A stretch of 32,997 bases of DNA from Folioceros fuciformis (GCA_049999805.1 JBNGIO010005879.1:63217-96213), one strand, 5' to 3'; positions 1 to 12,624 are shown, numbered from the stretch's first letter. Program-made: numbers and translations. The notes: generated from the sequence alone by a model not told the origin.

Positions 1-524
1 TTGAGGCACATCGCGGCTGAGCTTATGTAGAAAGCGTGCGAGATCTGTGTCCTGGCGGCCTCGAGCCAGCTGAACGCCAAGTGGCGGCACAGACCTGGCT
101 GACCGTCAGGCTTCTCCACGCCGGCCGGCTTCTACTTTCTGTTTTAGGCGCTTGCCTCCGGTCCTTCGCCCGGGCCACGGCCGGTCACTCGGCTTCGAAC
201 AGCGGGCTTGGCGAGACACGCTCTGTGCCGCTGTCCATGCACGTAACTTCACATTTCGCAGCTTCGAAGCCAGCGGAAGAGGTTAGCATGAAACGGATGC
301 GCCAGAGCATCTAGGTCATTTTCGTTGGCACTTCACGGTAAGCAAGGAAAGAGCGAGACACGGTGTGAGCACTGTGCACTTCTTTGCAGTGGTACCCGCA
401 TGGTGTTGGACTGCAACGTAGGGCAGGCAAGCAACTCCGCACGATGCTTAGGCTTTGCTCACAGATCGAGCGAGCAAGGTTTACCTCCCAGCTGGAGACG
501 GGTGTGGTGCCACCGGATCAGAAA

Positions 525-2442
525 ATGGCTGTCCGATGGTTGTTTAACTGTACTGAGCCCGGGAGTCATGTGGTGGGTTCTACACTACGGGTTCTTCGGT
601 TTGCAGGAGCCACGAGGGTGGGTATGCAGCAATGCCTGCCCATGGAGACCGCAGCTATGAGTATGTGGTATTTGGTTCCCAATCGCCGCGGGTCGATTGG
701 AAAACCCAAAGCTGCGACTCGGGAGATGGAAGTGGCGGGATTTGATGGGCAAGAGGGCGAGGGGTTGGATGATTACATGGAGCATGTGCTTGTGTGCAAC
801 AGAGGGATTGTATGTGGCACACTCCCTTGGCCCATTTTGTTCGTGTTTCCGGGAACGATTGTTTTGTTACGTGCTCTGACTGGAAGAGTGGGTAAATGAA
901 TTTACGCAGGAACACGCAGCAGAATTCATCCCTCTTGTGGTGGACGGCAAGGGCGTCGGATTTGTCCACCCTCGGTAGGGCCCTTAATGCTGGGGCAATT
1001 CTTCGTCCTCCAGGTGCCTCTTGTCACCACCATTTATTTGATGGAGGGCAGGGGCATCATGATCGGGAATTGGACCTAAGAATGCTGAGCATTTTGGCGT
1101 TAGGTTTGCGGAACATCTGAGGAGGTTTCCCAACGTTTTTTCTGTTTCGGAGGACAGGCAAATGTTGGACAAGCCAGTGCTTGCCTTGGATTCTGGCCTC
1201 CGTGATCCAGAAGAACGTACCCAGGCAGTGGCCCAAGTGTTGCAGGTGCTGAGAGATGAAGGCTTGATCCCTGGCTGGCGGAATGAGGTATGTATGTCAG
1301 GGAGATGCACATCGAGGTCGTCCAAATTGACCGAAATCAGTAACATACCATGGCTTGTCAACAGCTCTTGTCAGTTGTGCCAAGTTTTGGAGCACCGCCT
1401 CTGCTCGCTCTGGAGCGAGCTGCTGTTCCATTCTTCGGCACCAAGGTGATTCTTCGGCATTTCCATGTGGCACATGTGAGGGTCAAAGTTTGTCTTGTGT
1501 TTACCAGATGTCTCTACACGTGCATGTGCAGGCCTACGGTGTGCACATGAATGGCTATGTCATTCGGAATGGGGAGAAGTATCTGTGGGTTGCACGACGA
1601 AGTGCCACGAAACAAACGTTTCCCGGAATGCTGGATCATCTTGTTGCCGGTGGTCAGGTTGAGACCACAATAACCTGACTACGCACGGTTTTCAGTGGGA
1701 TCAACACACAAGGAGCTGAAAATGTCCGAGCCTTAATCAGAAACTCTCTGATGTGCAGCCCCAGGGCTTGAGCTGTCGTGAAAACCTCCTCAAGGAATGT
1801 GAAGAGGAGGCAGGAATTCCCGAATCTCTGGCCATCATGTTAGTGCCCGTAGTTATCCTTCTAGATTGCTGGTCTCCATAGCGGTTGTCTCTCGTTCGAG
1901 AAGCTAAGTGCTTGTCTGACGTTTGCTGTGGCCAGGGCTGCTGCTGTCGGAGCTGTTAGCTACGAAACCATCTCTGGGCAAATCTACAAGCGGGATGTCC
2001 TTTTCTGCTATGACTTAGAGCTTCCTGTGGATTTTACCCCTTTTAATAAAGGTGATGTTCAGCTAAGAAGTGTTCGGTCGACAAGGATATGCCGCCCATG
2101 TCATTAAGGGTTTTTCTTCTGAAGTTTGTGGTGGCTGCAGATGGCGAGGTAGAGAGTTTCATGTTGTTACCTGTCACGGAAGTAGCAAAGATTCTCCGCA
2201 CCACACAGAGCTACAAGCCCAACTGTGCTCTTGTTTTAATTGACTTCCTTGTTCGTCACGGGTGTGTTTTCTGTGATCACGATTGCCCGTGACTCTGTAA
2301 ATCTGCAAATGCCGAGAATCGACGTGCCAGCAGACGCACGTCTGATGTGCTCCGTTCTTGTGCATGTTTCAGGTATATCACACCTGATCAGAAAGGCTAT
2401 TTGAGGCTTTTACAAGGCCTGCGCAGCGGTGAGTGGCTGTGA
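525..2442 (+). CDS. NUDT20: Nudix hydrolase, NUDT20/NUDT24-like (DUF4743 + Nudix domain), 9 exons, ~375 aa, probable N-terminal transit peptide
   Basis: Manual splicing with GT-AG and consistent phases: 525-809, 910-974, 1104-1287, 1365-1445, 1532-1657, 1759-1838, 1936-2051, 2141-2261, 2373-2442 (TGA). Motifs: IPGWRNE, LERAAVPFFG, AYGVHMNGYV, Nudix box AGGQPQGLSCRENLLKECEEEAGIP, YKPNCALVLIDFLVRHG. Start is uncertain: ATG525 has a strong AAAATGGC context, and in-frame ATG444 is the alternative. Confidence 0.93.
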
Positions 2443-2621
2443 ACTGAGGACCCGTCTTAGGAGCAGGATTTGAAGAAATTCCATCAGTCCAAGGCGAACT
2501 CACAATAAAGCGGAGAGGTTGTGCTCTTCAGATTGCTTTAATTCAAGGAATAGCCGGGTGCAAATTGCGCCCTTTGCCTAGACAGAGGGATCACCAGAAC
2601 ACTGCAGAGCTTGTAGACGTT

Positions 2622-5064
2622 CTAGTTGTGAATGTTGGAAAACGGTGGAAGGGGCTCGCCCTTCACGAAATGTTGGAAAAGAGCTAGAGCTCTTTCGGGT
2701 TGTGTCAATGGGACCATGTGGCCAGCCTGGCGCACTGTGGCAAAGGTGAGTCCTTGGTACTGCTCTGTCCATCCTCCCACCTGCAATAACACCATGCCTA
2801 TCTTGTCAGGAAACTCATCCCAGCATCCGTGTGCTGATGCAGCAAGCTGTGACGGAAGCGGGCAGTACGTACGGTCGAGCAGAGGTCTGGTATGCTTTAC
2901 CTGAGTGGCATGAGTCCAAGCATACCAAGGTGTCTGAATTGGAAGCTCGAGTCTTCTTAGCCAGAAGCGTGTGGATAGAACGGGGACAATTCCATCAACA
3001 TCGCCACTGCATGGGGACAAGCGTTCAGTAAGCATCCCAACCTGCTAGCAATGTGTCGTAAGAAGGCTGCCATCCTGCAATAGGTGACCCAGATTTCCTT
3101 ACCTGAAGACCCAGATTTTGAGTCCCTTGGTCAGCAATGTCCGATAAACCGGCAATACTGAACTTGTGATATCCCTCCGGCTGTAAAGCCTGTTCACTAC
3201 CCCACTGCGGACGCGGATATACACAGGTATCAGCTCTGCATCTGGACATGATAAGGGCGACATGAAACATGAGAGGGCTCAATGAATGGGTTAGTTCAAG
3301 TACCTGCAGCCAGACCAGAAGCCAGTGGTATAATTGCTGGCATGAAACGCACTGATCACGTCGTCTCGATTCAAGTAGGGTGTAATGGGATCCGCACAGG
3401 GATCGGGATACGGATCCTGGAGAAACAGGTTTCTCTGCGGCAACAGCAAGTGAGAATAAATCAGAAACCTGGCACCCAAAAGTACTGGTGATGGGGATGT
3501 GAAGTCATGCACATTGCTAGCGCCTCCGGCCCTCCTACCCTCAAGAAACTGGATTGTTGTGCGGTTGAGGTTCTCATCCCTCCGCCAACGCTGCTGGTGC
3601 AGTAAGGACCGTAAATGTTGTATATGTCGATCTCACCCATCTCAACGGTGAGGGCTTGATTGGCAGCATCCGAGCAGGTCTGGTTCGCCTCTGACTGGTC
3701 CACTGGCAAGTCGTGGGCAAAATCACAGTTCTGAATCAAAGTGATATAGGTCTTCTCGGAGATCAAGGCATGAGTGTAGTAAAACTGAGCAGCTCCCTTG
3801 TTATCGCTGTAAGGGTCCGTCCACGCGTTTCCCACCTTCGCAGTACAAGACAAGGATGGAGGAGGGTTAAAGGCGTAGCTGTTTGCGCAAACAAGTCTGA
3901 ACGTGGTCTTTGCGAGGCCGGCGGGGACTGTACCAGGAAGCCCTTGAGATTGATGTAGAAACCTTCGTTCTCATTGTACTGTACCACCTTGAGTGCCAGT
4001 TGTGGAACGTAGTGTCCTGGGCAGCGTCCAGAACATGTCAGTCTCACACGCACCAACCACCGTACCTGATCACTTTGTCGTGCACCCAGAACAGAAAGTC
4101 TGTGGCTCACCGGCGTAGCTCTCCCCGGCGAGGTAGACCTCGTTCTGGGCATATTCAGGAAATTTCTTAAACCATCCTACTAAGAACGCATGCGCATCCT
4201 CCGCTGCTCATGTTCCACCACCACCCTGGCATCAGCTCGACCTGGACAGTGGACGCACCCAAGAAGCTACTACCGCATGCATTCACCCAATGCCGCTCTT
4301 TCTTTGTCAGACTCTCGAGAATTTCAGCGACGTCTGCCGGATTGAGCACAATCACCTGTCTGATTGTCGTTGGAGTACCCGTACACCGAGGTGTTGTCAG
4401 AATAGGAGTATCCCACACCCACGGGCGACTCCACAAACACGATGTTCACATCTGCCACAGCATGCAGCAGCAAAAAAAAAAAAAACCACAACTGAATTTA
4501 TATATCCTGCATCGACAATGCACCAAGCCTGTCCCGAAATGCGCAGCATTCGAACCATTCTGCAGAAATCTTGGTCTGCAATCACCTTGGTTCCAAGCGA
4601 ATTCGTTAAGGAACAGCCCGTCCCCGGTGCTGTTCACGTAGAATGGTCCGAGCTCGCTCAATCCTCCGTTCCCGAGTGACGAGCACCCCGGCCCTGCCAC
4701 AAGAAAACATTGCCATTCCAGTGGCAATGGGAGCCATTGTGATCAGAAATTGTCCACTTCCCTCATCTACAGCCTTAAATTTTTTTTCCGAGGCAAGGCG
4801 GGCGGGCCTGCTGCACAAACCTCCGTTGAACCAGAATGTGACAGGCAGGGTGGTGGGATCCCCGTTCTGCGCCGTCACAAACCAGTAAAACAAGTGGCTT
4901 CCCGGCAACGCGTCGATGAAGCCTGCGTACTGCTTGAATCCCACGGCGGGCTGCCCGGGCAGGCCGGCCACCAGCTGAGAGGGGTCATCGGCGGCTCCAA
5001 ACGCAGCCAGGACCGCCAGGACCAGACCCAGGACCGCCCACCCCCGAATCCTGCATTCTGCCAT
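2622..5064 (-). CDS. SCPL: Serine carboxypeptidase-like protein (peptidase S10, clade II-like), 10 exons, ~466 aa, secreted
   Basis: Exons 5064-4821, 4693-4586, 4451-4356, 4203-4111, 4016-3934, 3835-3539, 3416-3304, 3204-3103, 3006-2901, 2780-2622 splice in frame. Hydrophobic signal peptide; motifs [25 protein letters not shown], catalytic GESYAG, FSGDVD and [10 protein letters not shown] (Ser-Asp-His triad intact). Confidence 0.96.
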
Positions 5065-5764
5065 GGATTCTGGAGATATCTTGGCTTCTGGACCTGTCCA
5101 GACTCCGGCTGTACAACTAGGGGGCCTTCCTGGACGAGCGCAGCAGCCCGCTAAGCTTGAGGACGACCTTGCCTCTCACCCCTTTCTCTGGACCAGATAA
5201 AGATCAGGTAGCTAGGAATCTCCGAGCTGTGGCCATCAGGCCTGCAGGACGCAGAAGGAGCGTGGTAAACGCGGCACTCCCCAATGCAGAGATCACAAGG
5301 AGGCGGTCACAGCCCCCTATAAGTGAGTGGTCGACGCTGCCGAGGAAGAGCTGCCGCGTCCGTCCACCGGGCCGGATGGGCTTGCGAGCAGCGGGTACAT
5401 GCTAATTAGGGCGCTCGTTTGTATCTACATCTAACGCCAACCCAGCAATGTAATTCCATATATATTTATATTTATATATAATAACCTATATCAAATCATC
5501 TAGTATGTATTCAGTAGTAGCCAGAAAGATTGAACTTTAATATTCAAAATCTCGGACAGGGAACTGAAAACTTTATTTTGAAAATTGGATGGATGAACCC
5601 ATCTACTCCAAGACCAGCCAAGAGAAGGGAAGAGAAGGAGCAATCGTTTGAGAGAACAGCATAGCAAATTAGGATGGACTAACTTCCAATGCTGCACTTA
5701 TGTAATAATTGCTCACCATGGTAAGGATATCAAAGTTGGGAATCGAAATTGACCTACTTCCTAG

Positions 5765-6195
5765 CATCGAAGAAGACGTTATCTATGTTGTAATTCATGC
5801 CGTTTTATACATTACATTGGTCGGTGTTCAAAGGAGGGCTATGGACACCAGTTGCTTGTACAAAGACACAAGGATAAAAGATGCACAACATGACTCCTTA
5901 GAGAAAGTCACAAAACTTGACGCAAGCCAATGGTCACTTTGCTTATATGCTTATAGAATATCACGATGCATGAAAAATGCACACTTGTTCCCCGTAGAAA
6001 ACGACAATGACGAAAGATGCACGTTAATCCACATAGTTATTATGCAACTCCTCAAAAAACTTCACAATGCTCGCAACAAGGCGATGGCAATGGACACTCG
6101 TTGCCTACATAAAGCATGCAAGATTCAAGCCAATTTGGCTTCTAGGACCAAAGTCATTCCTTATAGAAAGTCACAAGATGCAAACTAGCCCAATT
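5765..6195. repeat. Degenerate direct repeat, two units with ~245 bp period
   Basis: ATGGACACCAGTTGCTTGTACAAAG...TCCTTAGAGAAAGTCACAA (~5841-5913) recurs as ATGGACACTCGTTGCCTACATAAAG...TCCTTATAGAAAGTCACAA (~6090-6176); flanking sequence is also similar. Confidence 0.6.
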
Positions 6196-7780
6196 CCGTT
6201 CCTACACCTAAAGTATTTCTCAATACATGCTTTAGTTTCTTAAAGTCACGCGAATGGCCTCATAGGTCTCAATAGTAAGAAGGATAGAGTTGTGCATTTC
6301 CTTCTTTGGAGAGTTTTTACAAATAACACATTCCTCCCAACTTGCATCATGTAGTGAAGATGATGTGCTCTCTGATGCTATCTTTTGTAAAAGTCCATTG
6401 CCACAAATATGGTGTGCAGCAGTAAACCACGAACCATGCCAGCATATGCAGTGATTACCATATTATTAGTTGCGTAAGCTTGCAATTTGGTGCAGCCCAA
6501 GGCTTCCAAGAGTCCGGTTCGTCCTCCAAGCTGGGCGGTGGCACCATGGCAGCCATTCAGAACACTCCACGTGTCGTGGAGTGCTCTGCAGCCTGCACAG
6601 TTATCTCTGCCGCGACTCCAAGCAGAAGGGTCCAGGACTGTACATCGGATATATACAAGCTATCAGCAGCTAAGTAGCACACCTGAGAACAGGATTTCCA
6701 ATTGGTCCGTGCGTTTTCCGCACTAGCTTTCCCAGCTCTTGTGACTGTCTGAGAGAATCCGACTCATGATACGGCCTGTCCAAGTTCTACGTGCCCACGC
6801 CCAATAATAATCCCACGCCTCGGAAGGGCAGCGTCGGCATCGTCTGCAGGCTTGCCAGCTGGTGCTCTTTTCGGCATGACACTCATACCAGGAGGCCACA
6901 CTGGGCCCTGCGGCAGAGTCATTATCTTGGGAACAGACGTCAACAGCGGCAGCTCCTTCTGCCTCGACGGCAGCTCTACTTACATAATCCAACACACCCA
7001 CCGCCCACCACACAGTGCACCCAGACTGGTTTTCTTAAATGCGTACGCGGATTGGGGAGACTACCTGGAGGATTTCTTTTCTTTTAAGGTAAGAGCGATA
7101 TCTTGCATTTTAGATGAGGCACGGCACGCATACCTGCAAGGACAAGACGAGCCAAAGGAGTGGTGTGGAAGTCATGCATATGGCAGGCGCTTCGTCAGTG
7201 TCACACACAGGCTGTCATTCAATCCGCGGCCGGCTGGAGTTGTCATCATCGGCAGCAAGCACTGGAAAGGTGTGAGAACATGGGTGCTGACATGAATTCC
7301 AGAATCTGTACCTGGTCGTGGCACCTACCTTTGCACATCCAGCGTGCTGGCTACATCAGACACATGGCCAAGTTGCATGTCGTTTCTCATGTTGGTGGCC
7401 GGTGATTTCAACAATTTGATGACATTGTTCCACTGAAACACCTAGAAGCCACGATCCTGGGGGCTGCACCGTCGTGGAAGGTCCGCCCAAGATTCGCCCT
7501 CCTCCGAAACAGGAAAAGCGTAGAAGCAGAGTCCTGAGCAACCTCGGCTTTGTCAAATCCTGAATCACGACTAAACCTGAGGTTCAACTAAGCAGTGCAT
7601 AACATGAAACCATAGGTTAATAAAATCAAAAGGGCATCACAGGAAACGAGAGGGGAGGGGAGGGGAGGGGAGAGGACGGCACGGGACGGGACGCGATCCG
7701 TGTCGTGACCGGGCGCACCAATGGGCGCAACGCGACGGTTGGGTGTGGTTAAAAGGACGCGTCGGCTGGCCTCTGGAACG

Positions 7781-7880
7781 NNNNNNNNNNNNNNNNNNNN
7801 NNNNNNNNNNNNNNNNNNNNNNNNNNNNNNNNNNNNNNNNNNNNNNNNNNNNNNNNNNNNNNNNNNNNNNNNNNNNNNNN
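7781..7880. other. Assembly gap (100 N) flanked by low-complexity GC-rich repeats
   Basis: Run of N; (GAGGG)n and (GACGG)n on the left at ~7649-7695, (GCC)n on the right at 7886-7916. Confidence 0.98.
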
Positions 7881-8881
7881 CGACGTCGCCGCCGCCGCCG
7901 CCGCCGTCGCCGCCGCAAACACAATTAGACGAGTTGCGTGACCTCGCCCCTGCGCTGCGCTGGACCACCTGGACTCAGGGATTCTGCTCGCGCGGAGGTT
8001 GCGTCACGGAAGCATGCTCGTGCCCTCGCCCGGCCTGCGCGAGCCACATTCACCCCGTCCAGATTTCGCTTCGCCGCACCAGTTTTCAAGATTTTTTCAA
8101 CTTTGAATTGGAGTAATCAGAACTCAGATCCCGCGTCTTGAGGAACCTTGCTCTAGTTCATCCCATCCAGCAAAACTGTGATGAATTCCAAGTGCTTCAG
8201 CCTGGATTCGGAAATTCCATCCCCGCCATGCGTCTTCCATCTTATCCTCCGTCACAAATGCTGATCTTTGTGCCAGAGTCTACAACGCCATCCCTTCTCT
8301 ATGTCTCCTGTGACATCGTCTGAGCTTTGAAATTGCTCAACATTTGGATTTCACATCCTGAGGTCTTGGATCTCCCAGAGCGTTAACTACTCCTACCTGC
8401 TGCTTGCAAAGACACCATGCAGAACCTTAACATGAATTACATGGCAAGCCTGGCTGTCCACGCTGGATGTTGCCCTCAATCCGTCGTAAGTACCTGTGTA
8501 AATTACTGCCTACACGTTCAGAGCAAATTTCTGATTATACGTAATCTGAAAATTCCTCTTTCAATTCAATCAGAACGTCTCTTCACATCTATCGTAATTG
8601 TATACCACCCAGCAGGCCTACGTGAAGCAAAAATTACTGCATTGAAGATCACCTTAACATAATGCATCAACCCAACGGTCTTCAAGAAGAAAATGCATCG
8701 ACAGGCATCATGGGTCTGCTCGAAGGGTTCAATCTTGTCCAAACTGAGAGTGGCTGGCCTGTTTTCAAAAGTGGTTACGATCGCACAGAACACGTTGAAA
8801 GAGCTTGTTCAAGTTGAGCGCGTCTGAAGTGTTTGCAAATATGTGTGGTGTGAAGAAATATGCATGGTTGATGATGCAGAA

Positions 8882-9379
8882 ATCCCGGCAACTTCCAGGT
8901 TTGGTGCCGTGCCAATTACCTGGACTGATCCATGTTCTATCATGCTGGGTGGTGTCTCAATGATGCAGACTACGGAAGTTGTGNNNNNNNNNNGTGCTTG
9001 GGAACACTAGGAAATGACTGTGATGAACCGTTGGAATTGCCATGGTGATGCGTTGTCTGGAAACAGTGGAAACTATGCAAACAGTCGCGAGGTATCACTA
9101 GGCCGCGTCTTTCAGGCGTATCCCACGTATGCTTACCTTTACGCCTTACCCTTCCAGGGCACTCGTTGCTCATGATTCTTCACTGCCTCGGACTCCACTC
9201 CTCATTGCTGTATCCACCAAAACTAGGAAAGCTGCTCCTAGAGACATCACAGCCACAATGGCTAATGTCCGTGGCGACTCGACGAATCTTCTACTCTCAG
9301 GTGACACCTTCCCGCTTGTCTTCAATTCAGATGTCATACTTTGCAGCGGCAGGGGCTCTTTGACCAATGACTGTTGCAG
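8882..9379 (+). pseudogene. Truncated, decayed third copy of the histidine acid phosphatase gene (remnants of exons 5, 7, 8 and flanking introns)
   Basis: Colinear with ~14804-15714 in both exons and introns. Exon 7 remnant EMTVMNRWNCHGDAL is followed by a deletion/frameshift and an in-frame TAG. The exon 7 donor is GT>GC, the exon 8 acceptor is CAG>CAA, and the SLFLYSGHD segment is deleted. A 10-N gap lies at 8984-8993. Confidence 0.85.
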
Positions 9380-9607
9380 TTGATGATAGCCCCACAAATC
9401 GCGTTGCGAACCAACAATATTTGTTAAGCACTTGCACCATGTGCTACAAAGCTCGAAGGCTTTCCCGATCCACTGCAAGCAAACCGCGCTTGGTCCAGTG
9501 CTTTTCCTTCCAGATTGTGCGCGCGCACTGTGTCCCTTGGGTGCGGTGGCTTCTTCGGGAGCACGACCAAAGCCAACACCGAGTTTCCGGACATCGATGA
9601 TGGATAT

Positions 9608-9788
9608 TCTGTTAGATACCCCACGAGAAAAGAATTTATTCCGTAGCGAGAGGGATTGTCCTCTTTGGATTCCGTGCTAATGGCATAGGAAAGGCTCTGT
9701 TAGATACCCCACGAGAAAATAATTTATTCCGTAGCGAGAGGGATTGTCCTCTTTGGAAGAGGTTCCGTGCTAATGGCATAGGAAAGGC
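9608..9788. repeat. Near-perfect tandem duplication (88 bp + 93 bp)
   Basis: TCTGTTAGATACCCCACGAGAAAA...GGCATAGGAAAGGC occurs twice head-to-tail; unit 2 has a 5-nt AGAGG insertion and one substitution. Confidence 0.95.
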
Positions 9789-10016
9789 TCACCTACCACC
9801 AATCGCGAATGATGACTATCCCCGTACTGCGCTTAGAGTGGTCTTACATACTGGGTTGGCCAACGCCTTCCGAGGCACGATTAACGGGCAGCAGAAAGGG
9901 CAGTTTACCTTGCTTGACTGTGGCGTTATGTTCCTTCGCCACGCGCGTCAATTCCGAAGGTCCCTGGATTGCCGAAACCAACCAAGATCGCTGGCTGCTT
10001 GAAGTCGCCGCCCGCA

Positions 10017-12031
10017 ATGGAACATGCGGAGCCACATCCTTACGAGCCGGCAATCGTGGACGGAATTGTGCTTCAGGCCGTGCAGGTTGGATCATCTGGC
10101 ATCCCTCTCTTTCGGATGTTGGTAGTAGGTGTGGTTCTCGGTCCACAACTGGATGCAGTGCATTCAGCTCGCTACGTGTTGTCTGAAGCTACTCTTCCGG
10201 TGCCTTCGCAGGCGCATGTATTGTTCAGGCATGGTGATAGATCACCAATTCAGGGGACCTTGAGCGAAAAGGATCATGGGGAGCTGTGGGCAGCCAGACT
10301 GCAAGATGCTCCCACTCTTATGCCGGAATTGGAGCATTACATTGAACGGGAGCATCCTTGGGGCCAGCTTACGCGGCTAGGTTGGTTCCGTAGTTCCATT
10401 GATTATTTTGGGCAGAGGACTGTTCATTATCATCTATCGGCTTGCAATCCGGATACATTTGGATTCAGAATCCTGAATGCGAATTGGTGGCAGGTGCCAG
10501 ACAGGCTCGAGATCTTGGAAGCTGGTTGAGGACGTGTTACTGGGAGTGGCTTAGGTTGTCCGCTGAAGAACCGGCGTCCTCCCTGGCTGTGAACTGCACC
10601 AAGCACATGCGCACGCGCATGACAGGTATTAAATGTAATTTGGGACGGTTCAATGTTTGCCCCCTTGGAAAAATCTCTTGCCCGGACAATTACTTCACGT
10701 GAGCCTGTCCATGGCAGCGTGGTACGTTCTTGAAGGCCTTCTACGGTCCCCCGAAGCTGCTGCATTGGTCCCCATCGAGCTCATGGAGAATCTGTACAGA
10801 AACGAGGGATGCCCTCGGTAGTTTCACAACAACTTCAAGCATCGGCGCCGAGCTCGTCATGGACTGATCCGTGTGCTTTTATGCCGCATGGCTTCTCACT
10901 GATGCAGACTACAGAAGTTATGGATAAGCAAGTGGAGGGAGTTGAGTTTGCAGCCGGATGGAAATCTCAGTTTGCAGGCAGGACATCAGGTAGTTTCTGC
11001 AGCCGGAGACATGAAGCAGGCTGCCCGCTTGACACATTGACATGTGTGCGGCCTGCTTGCTTCCATCTCGTGACAACTTGCTCATCATCCGTGCCCTTGT
11101 TTTCTCCCATCAGGAGTTGGAACAAGCTTTGCAACTCCACTTTGGGCGACCTAAAGATAATCCTTTCTTTCCCTGGATGATGGTAAGAAGCAGCAAGCCT
11201 TGTACCATGTACATTGTGAGAGCGGGTGTGCTGAAATCTAAACTCATGTGGACGGCGGCTGTTTGGGAAGAGTAGGAAATGGATGTGATCAACTGTTGGC
11301 AGTGCCATGGTGATGGATTGCCTGCGGGTGTGACCTTCTCGGAAATACAGGAGATTTTGCAAAAGGTCGCAAGGAACTTCATGGCCACGTTCCATGTGCA
11401 TTCCACTAGCCCATGCTTACCGTACCTTACCCTACCCTACCATACCAGGCACTGGTTGCTCTTAGTTTACATTCAGTCTGCCTCTGACTCCACTCCTCGT
11501 TGCGGTCTCCACCAGAGCCAAGAAATCTGTCAGCTGTCCATGGGGAGTCTCGTTGGAGACATCACGGCCACGATGGCTAAGTTTCGTGACCAAACGGCCA
11601 TCATCCCTTCCTTGTTTCTCTACTCGGGCCATGATGCAACGATTCTTGCACTCTCAGGTGAGTTCTTCCCCCTACATCCCTCGCAATGGCAGGGGACACA
11701 TGGCTATGGCCGGGAACACTGACTCTGTTACCCTACTGCAGCATGCCTCGGCTCGCCACGGAAGACCATGCCGTTGTACGCATCCTTCATCGTGGTGGAG
11801 CTGCTCAAGCCCCCAAGTGGAGACCAGCTGTATGTGAGAGTTCTATACGACGGGAAGGAAGAGGCACTCTGCGTATCACAACCTGGAAGTGTGTTGCCCC
11901 CCACGGGAACTGCCAAACAGAGTCTCTTCACACTGGAGCAGTTCGAGCAGCAGGTAGAGTGGTGTCTGTTGACGGATAAGACTGAAGAGCCACAACTGCC
12001 CGGGGGTAAGGCGGGAATTGTTTTCGAATAA
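10017..12031 (+). CDS. Histidine acid phosphatase (His_Phos_2, ACP6/lysophosphatidic acid phosphatase-like), copy A, 9 exons, ~390 aa
   Basis: Exons 10017-10085, 10212-10380, 10494-10625, 10718-10817, 10908-10989, 11114-11182, 11276-11395, 11516-11657, 11742-12031 total 1173 nt in frame. Motifs: VLFRHGDRSP, WGQLT, LYSGHDAT, YASFIVVEL, YVRVLYDG. Confidence 0.88.
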
Positions 12032-12308
12032 GCCCTTAGCCGCCACGATAGCTAGGGTCACGTTGAGTTCGATTGCGCTTATATACACCATATATGACAG
12101 CCAACTATGAAATGGCTGTTGTCCCCAAGTCTTTTTTTGTACGCATTTGTGTCGTACTAGATCCGGCAGTCAATATGTTCACTCACATGACAGTCATAAG
12201 GCAGACATGTCATTGTTGAAAACTCACACAACATTCTCACTTAGTGTCATGGTTCTACTTTTTATAGCTTGTCCTATGAGTTACTGAAAGAGGAACATTC
12301 TGTCCTAC

Positions 12309-12388
12309 CTTATTCTCACAAGCTCCAAGACTAATAAGAATGAGTTCACACTTATTCCCACAAGCTCCAAGACTAATAAGACATGACT
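12309..12388. repeat. Direct repeat, two copies, 42 bp period
   Basis: CTTATTC(T/C)CACAAGCTCCAAGACTAATAAGA at 12309 and 12351. Confidence 0.9.
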
Positions 12389-12624
12389 TGTACTACTACT
12401 TCTGGTCCCTTCCATTTTGTGGTTCTTATGCATGATTATAAAATAGCAATTGTACTATTCAGCCTCATGCAAGACACCATAAGCTGTCAACATGCAAGCT
12501 TTCATGTACATCAAACCCAAAGACCTTGGGGACTCAAACCCTAGCCCTGAGGAGGAAAGTATGAAAAGATTAGTACTGAACATGTTGGGGCTTGAACATG
12601 GAAGAACTTAGTTTGATGCGCAGT

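Noticed and set aside
1..440. Short ORFs at the window start
   Set aside because: No recognisable motifs; most likely promoter/5' UTR of the Nudix gene, with a possible leader intron from GTAAGC at ~338 to CACAG at ~464.
3469..3484. Possible 16-nt microexon in SCPL (CAG|TACTTTTGGGTGCCAG|GT)
   Set aside because: Inclusion shifts the frame of the DPCAD exon; skipping gives a normal ~122-nt intron.
5709..6188. 159-aa ORF
   Set aside because: Coincides with a degenerate DNA repeat (MDTSCLYK / MDTRCLHK); no domain or splice support.
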